A DNA stretch of 64,000 bases, from the sequence record MK817115.1, one strand, 5' to 3'. A model generated the notes under the pieces. That model searched no databases. It was not told where the DNA came from and was given only the letters and a program-made list of their open reading frames with translations. This DNA comes from Escherichia phage vB_EcoM_phAPEC6. Position 1 is the stretch's first letter. The number at the start of each line of letters is the position of its first letter. Below, piece after piece: positions 47,029 to 57,335 of this stretch. The position numbers were made by a program, and so were the translations under genes.

Positions 47029-47219
47029 TCTTTGTCCTTATCTTTTTTCTCTACGACTTTGTATCCAAAGAAGTTAGTAGGAGGCAATCTACGATGTAAT
47101 GGATAATGTAAACCAGTACTGACTGATGCAATAGCACCTGCTGAAGTAGCTCCAGAAGATGCATTTTCTTTGATATTCTTTTTCTTCATATTAATTTCCT
47201 TTATTACGTTTTTCATCAA
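47025..47219 (-). CDS. hypothetical protein (64 aa)
   Basis: Short ORF. Confidence 0.3.
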   Translation of the reverse strand: MMKNVIKEINMKKKNIKENASSGATSAGAIASVSTGLHYPLHRRLPPTNFFGYKVVEKKDKDKE

Positions 47220-47463
47220 GTGCTATATTCTCTAACCCTTTTTGAAACTTTTTATAATCTCGGTTTTTTATACTTAGAAATAAGCGTTTTTTTAAATCTT
47301 CAGCATCAGTTTGGTTAAACTCATCTTCAATGCTCTCCAATAAATGAATCACAGAGTTTATTGCGTGGTCGGCACGATTACTAAAACTCTGTAATGTATC
47401 TTTCTCTGGCGTATAGTCAACTATACTATCAAGTAGATTCTTTTTATTGGATTTACTAGACAT
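47191..47463 (-). CDS. hypothetical protein (90 aa)
   Basis: Short ORF. Confidence 0.3.
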   Translation of the reverse strand: MSSKSNKKNLLDSIVDYTPEKDTLQSFSNRADHAINSVIHLLESIEDEFNQTDAEDLKKRLFLSIKNRDYKKFQKGLENIALDEKRNKGN

Positions 47464-47466
47464 TTA

Positions 47467-48987
47467 TCATTTCCTTTGATTTAACCATTGCTTCATTGCA
47501 TGAACACGATCAGTACCAGCATGTGTCTGTGGATTCTGTATTTCGTTTTGTGTCGTAGAGTTAGGAGCACTATCAGTATTTAGTGTTACTGTATTGTCAG
47601 GTTGCACAGATGGTGATTTAGCTGCACCAGAAAGCGAATGACGTAATGTTTGCATAGTGCTGGGTGGTAACGCCATGTTCCCTCCACCAATCTTAGAAAC
47701 ACCGCTGTGACGGAATCCATTACCTTCGGTTTCCATTTGTTGTACTGTAGTTGCGTGGTCAAGAACTCTCAATGAATCAATATCATAAGACATACGCAAA
47801 CGGGAACCTACTGCACTACTGTTACGTGTTTTTTGGAAATCAAACCATAGTTCGCCAGTTTCTTTTCGTGCCTCAATATAAATTACGTTATCAGCAGTAT
47901 AAATTTTTGAAATACCGCCAGCAATCTGACTTTGACTTTTCTTATCTTCGTCCATACCACTACGGTTAAACTGAGATGCAGTGAAAACAGTTAAATCCAT
48001 TTTGGTTGCAAGTGCACGTAATTCTTCTGATACAAACTTATCTTTAGTAAATGTATTGGATTTATCATTTGGTCCAAGACGATTAGAAGTTAATAGATCC
48101 AAATAGTCCACACATACATAATCAAGTTTGATTTCCATCTTAATTTGTAATTCACGTAGATAACTTTCAATATCGTCAGTGGTTGTTACAGATTCAGGTA
48201 AGCGTTTAATACGCAACATACCACTGTTTTTACCTTCAACTTTAACAGCAAATCCAATCTTTTCAGCTTCATTTTTTACGTTACTGAGTTTTGATTCAGT
48301 CATCATACCATAGATACGAACAGCAACCAACTCTTCAGCTAGTTCAAGTGAAATGTATGCACCATTCATACCAGCTTTCGCAAAGTTAACTGCTAAATTT
48401 TGCAGTACTACTGATTTACCACCACCTGATGCAGCAGCAAAGATCTCTAACTCTCTACGCCCAAATCCACCGAACAGTTTGTAATCAAGAGTTTCCCAAC
48501 CACTCTTAAATGACCCTTGCATTGTACTGAGTGAGCGGATTGTATCTTCAGGGTTTTCAAAAATGTCCAAACCTAACTCATTCTGTACCGTTACCAACAT
48601 TGCTTCTCGGATTAGTTCTTCGATTCCACCATATTTTTTCTGATGGACAAGTTCCATTCCTTTTTCAACGGCTAACGCTAATGCTTTATGACGACAAAAT
48701 TCACCACAGGTATCAAGTACTGATTGTTTATGTAATTCTTGAACTTCATATTGATCGTATTGATAACCACCTTTAACTTCAATATCTTTCAAAGTAGGTG
48801 ATGAACTATATTTTGCAGCATAATCATGCACGTATTGAATACTTTCATGAAATGTTTTATCAAAATATTCTGGTTTAAGGATATTTTTACAACGTACATA
48901 TAAATCAGGATTACTGAAAATCTGAGATAATAAGTATTGTTGTGCATTAATCCCATATTGTTTCACATCCACTGTGCTTTGAATCAT
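47467..48987 (-). CDS. gp41: DnaB-family replicative DNA helicase (gp41-like)
   Basis: Walker A SGGGKS, DYLDLL and SQFNRS motifs. Confidence 0.85.
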   Translation of the reverse strand: MIQSTVDVKQYGINAQQYLLSQIFSNPDLYVRCKNILKPEYFDKTFHESIQYVHDYAAKYSSSPTLKDIEVKGGYQYDQYEVQELHKQSVLDTCGEFCRHKALALAVEKGMELVHQKKYGGIEELIREAMLVTVQNELGLDIFENPEDTIRSLSTMQGSFKSGWETLDYKLFGGFGRRELEIFAAASGGGKSVVLQNLAVNFAKAGMNGAYISLELAEELVAVRIYGMMTESKLSNVKNEAEKIGFAVKVEGKNSGMLRIKRLPESVTTTDDIESYLRELQIKMEIKLDYVCVDYLDLLTSNRLGPNDKSNTFTKDKFVSEELRALATKMDLTVFTASQFNRSGMDEDKKSQSQIAGGISKIYTADNVIYIEARKETGELWFDFQKTRNSSAVGSRLRMSYDIDSLRVLDHATTVQQMETEGNGFRHSGVSKIGGGNMALPPSTMQTLRHSLSGAAKSPSVQPDNTVTLNTDSAPNSTTQNEIQNPQTHAGTDRVHAMKQWLNQRK

Positions 48988-49009
48988 CTATGTTCCCTCA
49001 TTATATGTA

Positions 49010-50065
49010 TTACATCCATTTATCCGTTTGAGCTTTAATATAAAATGGCTCATCTACTATACTATCATGTATTAATTGTAAACAAAATAACCTACCAAAT
49101 CGTGCACAAGCTTCTTCAAAGTCCTTGATATGACGTATTGTACTACCTTCTCTTACAGCACCAAAGTCTGGGAAGGAAACACTGAATCCATTTTCAAGTG
49201 CTTGGTCTATAGTTATTAATCCATCTTTATCTCTATCTGGAACAATAACTATTTTTTTACCTTTTTGCTGTGCATCTTTTAATACATCAATCTGTACGTT
49301 TGATAATTTAAAGTTATTAGCAGATACACCACCCATTAATGCTGCGTCTAACGGACCCTCACATACTAAAATTGTTTTTATTCGTTCATCTTTTAATAAA
49401 TCATAGTTATATAGTATATTAGTACTTACTTGATTTATGAACCTGTATGTACTTCCAGGATCTTTTAATTTATGTCGTGCAGTATAACCAATAATTTTAC
49501 CATTCATGAAATATGGAATAATAAATCTGTCATACATTTTATGTTCTTTATTAGGTGACCAATATAATTCTAAGTCTAACAGATATGGGTTTCTTTCATT
49601 GACATTATGCAAAACACTTATAAATTCTTGTGGAATTTTATCTTCAGGTAAAGAAGCCCATTCCCAAAATGTTTTTGCATTTGATGGCAAATCACGTACT
49701 GTTACTCGGTCATACAATTTTGATGCAACAGTTTCTTGTGCAGCAAAATCACCGCTGTCAACCATTTCTTTAATATAAAACTTAACTAATTCTATTTCTT
49801 TATCTTGTGCACCAAAAGAAATGAGCAAAGACTCCATATCTTTGCTCATATATTTTCCTGGTTGCCAACCAGTTTTTAAACTACAGTTAAAGCAGTTATA
49901 TGAAACGGAACCATCTGCATTGAACATATGATTACCACGGTGCTTTGTATCCGGCCTTGAATGTCCTCTGAACACACAAGCTGGACAGTTGTGTCGTGAC
50001 CATGTACCAATCGCAGGTACTGGATCATTCATAATTTGTGCCATTATGTTTTGTACAGCGTTCAT
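49010..50065 (-). CDS. gp61: DNA primase (DnaG-like, gp61-like)
   Basis: N-terminal zinc finger (CPAC ... CFNC) and Toprim ILVCEGPLDA; adjacent to the helicase. Confidence 0.85.
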   Translation of the reverse strand: MNAVQNIMAQIMNDPVPAIGTWSRHNCPACVFRGHSRPDTKHRGNHMFNADGSVSYNCFNCSLKTGWQPGKYMSKDMESLLISFGAQDKEIELVKFYIKEMVDSGDFAAQETVASKLYDRVTVRDLPSNAKTFWEWASLPEDKIPQEFISVLHNVNERNPYLLDLELYWSPNKEHKMYDRFIIPYFMNGKIIGYTARHKLKDPGSTYRFINQVSTNILYNYDLLKDERIKTILVCEGPLDAALMGGVSANNFKLSNVQIDVLKDAQQKGKKIVIVPDRDKDGLITIDQALENGFSVSFPDFGAVREGSTIRHIKDFEEACARFGRLFCLQLIHDSIVDEPFYIKAQTDKWM

Positions 50066-50120
50066 AAGTTAATCCTTGTCTTTTCTTACAAATGATTATA
50101 GCACACCTTCTAGTTTTGTC

Positions 50121-51164
50121 TCATCTACGTATCAAAATTTTAGGTACTGTTAGGAAAGGGTCATACACTTTTCGGACAGCAGCATAGTCATATGGTACTG
50201 GAACAATTTTGGGATGAATAGCAACCACCAAACGTAACCACATATAATTTCCTTTAAAATTAAATGCTTGTATTCCGTCAAGTTCTTTTGGAAAACCTTC
50301 TGAATCAATTCCATTTTCAATATAATCCTTTCCATCTAATTTAATAATAAACCATTTATAGTTTTCATTATCATTAGGTACGTTGTTACACAAGCACCCT
50401 TGTAGCTGTATTCTACCAATAAATTTATCAAAATAGATTGCAATACTACTTAATCCTTCTACTAATCCAAACTGCATTTGTGCTGGTAGTGGAGTTGATG
50501 CGAGAATATCATATTCACCAATCATACCATTTCCAATTGGTTCATGATATAAACGCTTTATAGTTGTCCATGCTGGATTTTTATTAACTGATATTTCAGT
50601 ACTGGGGACAAATACAGGTGCTGCTTGGTCTGAAATTATTAGCTCTGCTGATGCCTCAAAGTTCATCCCTGTGTATAGATATTGTGTTGGTTCTATAAGT
50701 GAACCATCCATTGTTACTTTAGTAATGCTCCATCTATATTTTGAACCAGGACTGGTATCTTGAATAACTCCTGCTGGAACAATACATCCATAATATACTT
50801 TCTTTTTATTTCCTAATGTTTGTCTTGCTTGTCCACTTTCTGATAACCAACTGGGTTCTTGTTTTTCTAATACAACATCAAATAGTTTAGTATTATTTCG
50901 TGCATCAAAAATCATAAATGTAAGATATTCATTATCTTTCAATAAAGTATATTTTCCATCAGCGTTGTGAACAGTAAAAGATAAATTATTATTTGCCCCT
51001 CTATATATAGTTAGTTTTTCATTGCTATATGGCATATTAAAATTGCCCAATGATACTTCCTGATTATAAGGGTACATAAACACGCCGTGATGAGCCATAG
51101 TTTTTCCTTCCATAAATAATAGGTATAAATTTATACTAATATTTATGGAACTAATATGAATCAA
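50121..51164 (-). CDS. hypothetical protein (347 aa; true start may be internal Met)
   Basis: ORF; N-terminal extension overlaps the divergent plus-strand ORF. Confidence 0.4.
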   Translation of the reverse strand: MIHISSINISINLYLLFMEGKTMAHHGVFMYPYNQEVSLGNFNMPYSNEKLTIYRGANNNLSFTVHNADGKYTLLKDNEYLTFMIFDARNNTKLFDVVLEKQEPSWLSESGQARQTLGNKKKVYYGCIVPAGVIQDTSPGSKYRWSITKVTMDGSLIEPTQYLYTGMNFEASAELIISDQAAPVFVPSTEISVNKNPAWTTIKRLYHEPIGNGMIGEYDILASTPLPAQMQFGLVEGLSSIAIYFDKFIGRIQLQGCLCNNVPNDNENYKWFIIKLDGKDYIENGIDSEGFPKELDGIQAFNFKGNYMWLRLVVAIHPKIVPVPYDYAAVRKVYDPFLTVPKILIRR

Positions 51165-51509
51165 TATAACACTATTCCACCATTCATTACTGTAATCCAG
51201 TATGATGGTAAAACGTTTGTTGGTATCATCAAAATCAAAAGCAAACAGTATACAACTCTTTACTGTTTCGATGATATGGATGATTCAATGCAAGACGAAT
51301 TGTTAGGTATAGCACACGATTGGTGGTGGCAAAGTAATAGAACCATTCCAGTTTGTCTATTCTTTCAAGAAGAGATGGAGAAATTTGAACCGTACACACA
51401 GAGATTCGATACACCGTCGGTGAATTTCGTATGTGGTCCAGTAGTTTCTTTAAGCAATTTGCCACAGAAACGCATCAAGCGTCGTAATGTGGCTCTTAAG
51501 AAGAAGTAA
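51156..51509 (+). CDS. hypothetical protein (117 aa), plus strand
   Basis: One of few plus-strand ORFs; TATAAAT about 45 nt upstream; basic C-terminus. Confidence 0.35.
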   Translation: MNQYNTIPPFITVIQYDGKTFVGIIKIKSKQYTTLYCFDDMDDSMQDELLGIAHDWWWQSNRTIPVCLFFQEEMEKFEPYTQRFDTPSVNFVCGPVVSLSNLPQKRIKRRNVALKKK

Positions 51510-52134
51510 GATGTTCAACTAAAGCATTTAGTTGTACAACAATCATTAAGCTATATGCGTAAGCATGTGGCTTTTTGAAATATCGTAATTTATTTCCTGC
51601 TTGGTCAGTGCCGATAGTACTATAATCCCATATGGTAGCTTTAACTTCGTCCCATGTGTTCATACTTTGGCACTGCCTTTTTCCTGGGCGAATCATTGCA
51701 ATAAACATTGCTAGTTCGTCTATAGATTTAGGCTTCCATATATTTAATAAAGTTACATGTTTTTTAATTTGCGATAGATGTTCTACAATTTCGGGTTCTA
51801 ACAATAGATCCCAATTTGGTTCCTGATTCATTAGTTCTTTTAAATGCTCTCTATCACGAACATACATGTAAGCTGACTGTGAAAGAATATCAACTTTTTG
51901 ATACCCTAACCTTTCAGCTTCTTTATATTGTATACTTGCCAATCCAGTGATTGGGTCAATAGGTATATTATCAAAATGAACACCACTATTATGGGGGATT
52001 AAACCATCCTCCGTAATTTTTTCAGTACTTCGCACACATGGAAGTTTAGCGATTACGCTTTTACTATCCTTGAAGTCAATGTCAATATCAGTTCGGGCTT
52101 TTCTATAATGTTTAGAATCGGTCGAATCCTGCAT
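51496..52134 (-). CDS. DnaE (Pol III alpha)-like fragment: catalytic palm/fingers core (212 aa)
   Basis: Ordered matches to DnaE motifs: DIDIDF (PDFDVDF), HNSG (HAGG), KVDIL (KFDFLGL third Asp), IRPGK (FRPGP), KKPHAYAYS (NKSHSAAYA). Confidence 0.5.
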   Translation of the reverse strand: MQDSTDSKHYRKARTDIDIDFKDSKSVIAKLPCVRSTEKITEDGLIPHNSGVHFDNIPIDPITGLASIQYKEAERLGYQKVDILSQSAYMYVRDREHLKELMNQEPNWDLLLEPEIVEHLSQIKKHVTLLNIWKPKSIDELAMFIAMIRPGKRQCQSMNTWDEVKATIWDYSTIGTDQAGNKLRYFKKPHAYAYSLMIVVQLNALVEHLTSS

Positions 52135-52441
52135 TTTTTATTTGCTCCTGTAACTGTTTAACTGTATTAGTCAAAGTTGATATTTGATTCTCTAATAATC
52201 TACAATTTTGTTTTGTCTTTGCCAATTCTTGACTTAAACTGAAAAAGCGTTCTTCGTGTCTTTCTACCAAAGAAATAATTTTTTCAATACGAGCAGGATC
52301 ATGAACTTGAAATGTTTTACCATCTAAAGTTATTTCAGTAATAGATCCTTGTCTAAGTAGAGATATTTGTTTTGATTTTTGTTCTTTAGGTACAGGTACA
52401 TACCCTTCTGGTATTTTATTATATATACTTTTTCCATTCAT
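52112..52441 (-). CDS. hypothetical protein (109 aa)
   Basis: ORF only. Confidence 0.35.
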   Translation of the reverse strand: MNGKSIYNKIPEGYVPVPKEQKSKQISLLRQGSITEITLDGKTFQVHDPARIEKIISLVERHEERFFSLSQELAKTKQNCRLLENQISTLTNTVKQLQEQIKNAGFDRF

Positions 52442-53148
52442 AATCCTGCCTCACATAGCATAATCTTAATTTCATCACAATCCTTTTTGTATTTTATAGT
52501 TTTGATTTCAAAATAACTTGGATCGATGTATTTAAGTATATATTCAATTTCTGAGTTTGATAGTTTTTTAAAAAACTTATTAGTACTTTTTTTAGGAGCA
52601 AGCCAGATAATCCAAGGTGAAATTTTACCACTCTCAATCCATGCAATTGCACGGGCAGAACTTACATTTTCAAAGAAAGTATTCCATTGTACATTCAAAT
52701 TTTCAGCCCATTCAACCAGTGAGATAACACTTCTTGCAATTGCTTCTTTTGGGTGCTCGGCACGAATTGTTTTTAATATCCATTCATCTTTTGCTTTATA
52801 TGTACTCCATTCCGTGATTGGTTTGTTATTGATAATCAAGTACTTTACAAACTCGTCCACATTAATAATATCTCTATTATTCAAATAGTATTCGGCAAAA
52901 CTATAAAAATCATTAAAGTACTTTGACTTTATAAAAGCAATAAAAGGCTCTACGCCTTTTTTAAATGGGAACTTATTCAATTCCATAAATTGCATATATA
53001 TACGAAAAGCCTCCATCATCTGGCGGCTTTGGCGGTCTTCGTATCGGTCACGTTTTATACATTTATGTGTGTTTACAGTTTCTTCACGTTTAAATTCACG
53101 ATCACAAAATCTACAGGTATATACTTTATTACTTGATTTCTTTGCCAT
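52438..53148 (-). CDS. protein with N-terminal C2H2/C2HC-like zinc finger (236 aa)
   Basis: YTCRFCDREFKREETVNTHKC. Confidence 0.4.
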   Translation of the reverse strand: MAKKSSNKVYTCRFCDREFKREETVNTHKCIKRDRYEDRQSRQMMEAFRIYMQFMELNKFPFKKGVEPFIAFIKSKYFNDFYSFAEYYLNNRDIINVDEFVKYLIINNKPITEWSTYKAKDEWILKTIRAEHPKEAIARSVISLVEWAENLNVQWNTFFENVSSARAIAWIESGKISPWIIWLAPKKSTNKFFKKLSNSEIEYILKYIDPSYFEIKTIKYKKDCDEIKIMLCEAGL

Positions 53149-53974
53149 ATTTTTTACATTCTTCTTTAAACAATTTCATCATAGATTTCTTTTCATTATC
53201 TTGAAAACCATTATTGTCAAGAAATGTCTCAAATGTTTTTTTATCATACTGCAATAGAACAATTTTGTACTCATCTTCATTCATTTGAGTAGATATAGTA
53301 TCAGGTTGTGAGCTTTTAATTAACTCAAATAATTCGTTATTTGCCTTTTTGAAATTCTTAGAAAAGTTTAACCAGTTACGTGGCATTTCTTGTCCACCAA
53401 TCATATCATGGACTGAACACATAAGCTGATATACTAATTCTGGATGTTCTTTCATATCCCAAAATCCATCATTAACCATATCATTTAGCATAATAAGTTG
53501 GTATTTGACAACTTCAGTATCTACTAATGAAACAATTTCGGAACCTGATACGCCAAATTCGACCATTGAGGATATTAATTTTTGTGCGTCATCTTTTGAT
53601 TGGACTGCAAATTTAATACGCCAATCATAATCACTATGACAGTACTTAGTTACTGATGAAACATTTGTCCCTGAAGACTTTAATTCAGTAACTAGTTCAG
53701 TCAGTGCTTCTTTACCACCAGATTTCCATTTTCCAAATACACTTTCAACTTTACTACTAGGGTAGGTTACTTGTAACGAATCATCTAAAGAGCTTACCCA
53801 TCGCAAAACAGTATATGGAGTAAACTCTTTTCGTTCTTTTTCGGTCATGTCATTATAGTACTTATAATCAGCACGGTCAATGTGTTTTAGAAATTCAGCA
53901 ATAGAAAAAGAATGCTGTGTTGGTTTTTCATCATCATCGACCGACTTATTTTTAATATTACTGAAATCAAACAC
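53129..53974 (-). CDS. hypothetical protein (281 aa)
   Basis: ORF only. Confidence 0.4.
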   Translation of the reverse strand: MFDFSNIKNKSVDDDEKPTQHSFSIAEFLKHIDRADYKYYNDMTEKERKEFTPYTVLRWVSSLDDSLQVTYPSSKVESVFGKWKSGGKEALTELVTELKSSGTNVSSVTKYCHSDYDWRIKFAVQSKDDAQKLISSMVEFGVSGSEIVSLVDTEVVKYQLIMLNDMVNDGFWDMKEHPELVYQLMCSVHDMIGGQEMPRNWLNFSKNFKKANNELFELIKSSQPDTISTQMNEDEYKIVLLQYDKKTFETFLDNNGFQDNEKKSMMKLFKEECKKYGKEIK

Positions 53975-53978
53975 TATT

Positions 53979-54476
53979 TTATACTCCTAGATACAAATCT
54001 TGAATTTTTTCGTTTTCATCTGCAAAGTACACACATGGTGGATTTTCACCACTATGTAGTGGGACGCATAGTAAATTCTTTTTAGGTAACATTGGTATCT
54101 GCCACTTTGTAGTTAATGCAAATACACGTAGTACTTTGACTGGTTCAAACTTAGGATACATTGAACGGATAGGATTGTAAACAAAAGCTTTTGGTTCTTT
54201 CATGTTAAGAATGTTTTCAATTGTACACATCTCAACCATACCAGTTTCTTCATCACCTAACATAATTTGCCATCCTAGAGGCACTTGAATAATCTTTTCA
54301 CCAATTTGAAGATCAGCACTAATACTATTAAATGATACGGTGTTTAGAATATGTCTAAAATAAAAATCAGATTCACCATTTGGGCTTAGATCCAAAACAC
54401 AATACATTTCTTCAGGGATATGTTCTGTTACTAAATCCATGTCAAAAGAATTATTTTCAGGTGTTAATACGTTCAT
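53979..54476 (-). CDS. hypothetical protein (165 aa)
   Basis: ORF only. Confidence 0.4.
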   Translation of the reverse strand: MNVLTPENNSFDMDLVTEHIPEEMYCVLDLSPNGESDFYFRHILNTVSFNSISADLQIGEKIIQVPLGWQIMLGDEETGMVEMCTIENILNMKEPKAFVYNPIRSMYPKFEPVKVLRVFALTTKWQIPMLPKKNLLCVPLHSGENPPCVYFADENEKIQDLYLGV

Positions 54477-54485
54477 GTCATCTCC

Positions 54486-54914
54486 TTAGTACTGCGAATC
54501 TTCTTCGTCATCATAATATTCTTCATCATCTTGGTCTTCTACCCCATAAAATTCAAGTCCATAAGTTTCACACATCTCTTGAATTTTATCTACATCAGTA
54601 TCCAGATATGAATCAAAATTACCACTTAGACTTACTACATCAATAAAAGTTTTCGTGTCAGTACTTGCATAGATGATATCATATTTCAATGATTCTACTT
54701 TAGAATCAATTCGTGTCTGTAATTCATAGATATTAATCCAAGAATCACTATCAATATTACATCTCCATACGTTAGTATCATCCGTTTCTAGCTCAGGTAT
54801 ATAGTCAAGAGAAGATACCATGTCATCCATAATACCATCATCGTTCAACAATACATCCATAACTTCTAAAGTTTCTTGGTCACAAATAAAAGCAATACTA
54901 GATCTCAATTCCAT
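54486..54914 (-). CDS. acidic protein (142 aa)
   Basis: Asp/Glu-rich throughout. Confidence 0.35.
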   Translation of the reverse strand: MELRSSIAFICDQETLEVMDVLLNDDGIMDDMVSSLDYIPELETDDTNVWRCNIDSDSWINIYELQTRIDSKVESLKYDIIYASTDTKTFIDVVSLSGNFDSYLDTDVDKIQEMCETYGLEFYGVEDQDDEEYYDDEEDSQY

Positions 54915-54953
54915 TTTATTTTACATCCTTGTTGTTGTCATATGACACATTAT

Positions 54954-54981
54954 ATCACAAACAGCGGGTTTATCCCGCTGT
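54954..54981 (-). terminator. terminator-like hairpin (ACAGCGGG-TTTAT-CCCGCTGT) overlapping uvsW stop
   Basis: 8-bp inverted repeat; weak T-tract. Confidence 0.35.
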
Positions 54982-56454
54982 GTTTTCCCAATCTTTAACA
55001 TCTATTATACTATGAGGATATTGTGCTTCCTTATAGTAAGCTAAACGTTCTCGTAAATGCTTGGCACTATACTTATTAGAACCACTAATATCATATATTT
55101 CTACGTGGTCTTTATCTTCTGCTCGGCGTAATCCACGTCCAATTGACTGTATAGTTCTTACAAAACTTTTTCCTGGCTCAATCAATACTACATTATATAA
55201 CCTTGAAATACTAATACCAGTACTGGCAACGCCGTATGTCGCAATAAGTATTTTATTATCAGCCCAACGAATTTCACCATAAGATGATTCTCGATCTTTC
55301 TTTTTAGTTTCTCCACGAACGAATTCTGATTTGGGAATGCCTAAAAATTCACATAGCAACTCACCTGCTTCAAGTCTATCTACTAAAACTAAAGTGTTTC
55401 CTGATTCAGATAACGCAGATATCAATGACGCTACATATGCCATCCTATCTCTGTCAGTTACTAAGTATTTCAACTCTTCAGCATATGATGCAAACTTCAT
55501 ACTACTTTTTAGTTTGATGCAATTCACATTACATGTACTTAGTATTTGTTTATCTTGTAATTCCTTTGCAGTTATTTTAAATATAACATCACCAACATTA
55601 CATTTGATTTTCGCGGCAACTACCGGATCTTTAGGAATTGTTCCAGTAAGACCCCAACGTAATGGTACGTTATTCATAACTTTAGAAAGTACTTGAACTA
55701 ATGCGTCACCGCCTGCACCTTGACACTCATCAACGATAACACAAACTACTCCATCGATAAAATCATTCACGTCTTGTTCAGTTAATTCAATTTCACCTTT
55801 CTTGGTTTTCTTCCATAGAGAGTTAAATGATTGCCAAGTCGTAATAGTATGTTGGTGACCAAAATCTTTTTGTGAACCATAGAACATGCCAGTATCCAAC
55901 CCACACATAATGTAGTCATCATATGTTTGTTGTACTAAGTCAGTACTTGGTACTATTATAACAGAACGTCCATACTCTTGCACTTTCTTTGACAATGCAG
56001 CAGTAATGAGAGTTTTACCTGCACCAGTAGCTGCCAATAGTAGTCCGTGTGGATTAGCCAAACATGCATTAACCGCATTAACTTGATGTTCACGTAGTTT
56101 TATGGATTTACCTTCCATGTGGTGTCCTGCACCGAATACAACATCACTAAAAATATCTTCATCAATGGGGTCAAATTTAAATCCATAATCTACCCTATGA
56201 TCTACTAATTCAATGTCAATCTTAGCTTCATCAAGAATAGGCAATAACTTATCTAACATATGATAATAAGTTGTCCCGCCTAAATTCATAAACTGAACTT
56301 TACCATCCCAACGTCCAATACGTCCTGCTGGTGTGAACTTTGCATATGGTAACACATATTCAGTTGCACGAATCATCTTTTGTCTAATTGAGGGATCAAG
56401 TCCCTCAAATTTACAATTCACCTCATCCAATAAGGTTAACTTACAAGTTTTCAT
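54970..56454 (-). CDS. uvsW: UvsW-like SF2 DNA/RNA helicase
   Basis: Walker A AATGAGKT, DECQ box, and N-terminal GRWDGKVQF matching T4 UvsW GNWDGRIRL. Confidence 0.85.
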   Translation of the reverse strand: MKTCKLTLLDEVNCKFEGLDPSIRQKMIRATEYVLPYAKFTPAGRIGRWDGKVQFMNLGGTTYYHMLDKLLPILDEAKIDIELVDHRVDYGFKFDPIDEDIFSDVVFGAGHHMEGKSIKLREHQVNAVNACLANPHGLLLAATGAGKTLITAALSKKVQEYGRSVIIVPSTDLVQQTYDDYIMCGLDTGMFYGSQKDFGHQHTITTWQSFNSLWKKTKKGEIELTEQDVNDFIDGVVCVIVDECQGAGGDALVQVLSKVMNNVPLRWGLTGTIPKDPVVAAKIKCNVGDVIFKITAKELQDKQILSTCNVNCIKLKSSMKFASYAEELKYLVTDRDRMAYVASLISALSESGNTLVLVDRLEAGELLCEFLGIPKSEFVRGETKKKDRESSYGEIRWADNKILIATYGVASTGISISRLYNVVLIEPGKSFVRTIQSIGRGLRRAEDKDHVEIYDISGSNKYSAKHLRERLAYYKEAQYPHSIIDVKDWENTAG

Positions 56455-56469
56455 CCATGATTACCTTTA

Positions 56470-57288
56470 TTAATTAGTTCGAGTATTATATTCGTACTCA
56501 AATGTATATACTAAATCTTTATCACAGTTAGGGTTACTTGCATCTAAAATGTCACTATTAGTAATCATCCATTCAATGTAATTCAATGGAACTGTACTCA
56601 TTGGCTCACCTTTGTGTTTACCAAATGGCATGAATTGATAACGCATTGGTGTGTTGCAGAAAGTTACAATTTGCTCACCAATATCACCATTAGGTTCGAT
56701 ATATCCACGTTCGATTGCAATTTCAACTAATTTGATTAGAACCTGATAACACATAAACACATCGTCTTTTGCTGCGTGTGCATTAACAGGTCGATGAACA
56801 TCACGATAACATCCAAACTTATACCACAAATAACTTAGAGTTAAGTTTTTAAATTCAATATCTTCTGCGAACATTTTCTTAGCAAGACGAAGGGTACAAA
56901 TCCATTTATTTTCATCAAGTAAGTACTGTGAAATTGAGTTACGATATTTATATTCGTTATCTACCATCATTCTACGGTCAAATTGTACATTATGACCAAC
57001 AAAATACTTACGGCAGCCCATAAGTGCATCAATGTTATCTAAATCATCTTTATACCCAACACAATTAGCTACATCCTCAGTACTGATAAAGTGCACAGCA
57101 GATGCCTCTGGTGGAATATCTTTCAAGGGTTTGTATCTCAATGTATAGTTATCAATAGTATCAATGTTTTCATGTGAAGTATGTGGATACGAGATACTAA
57201 ATTCAATAATATCATCTTCACTCTCAACCCCAGTAGTTTCAGTATCTAGAACTGCTACATTTGATAAAAACTCATTTAATTTTGTCAT
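56470..57288 (-). CDS. DnaQ-like DEDDh 3'-5' exonuclease
   Basis: Exo I LDTETTG, Exo II GHNVQFD, Exo III HAAKDD. Confidence 0.65.
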   Translation of the reverse strand: MTKLNEFLSNVAVLDTETTGVESEDDIIEFSISYPHTSHENIDTIDNYTLRYKPLKDIPPEASAVHFISTEDVANCVGYKDDLDNIDALMGCRKYFVGHNVQFDRRMMVDNEYKYRNSISQYLLDENKWICTLRLAKKMFAEDIEFKNLTLSYLWYKFGCYRDVHRPVNAHAAKDDVFMCYQVLIKLVEIAIERGYIEPNGDIGEQIVTFCNTPMRYQFMPFGKHKGEPMSTVPLNYIEWMITNSDILDASNPNCDKDLVYTFEYEYNTRTN

Positions 57289-57301
57289 TTTATTCTCGCA
57301 T

Positions 57302-57327
57302 AGAAAAAGGACGCGATATGCGTCCTT
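57302..57327 (-). terminator. intrinsic terminator-like hairpin (AAGGACGC-GATAT-GCGTCCTT)
   Basis: 8-bp inverted repeat then TTTTTCTAT on minus strand. Confidence 0.55.
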
Positions 57328-57335
57328 AATGATAA

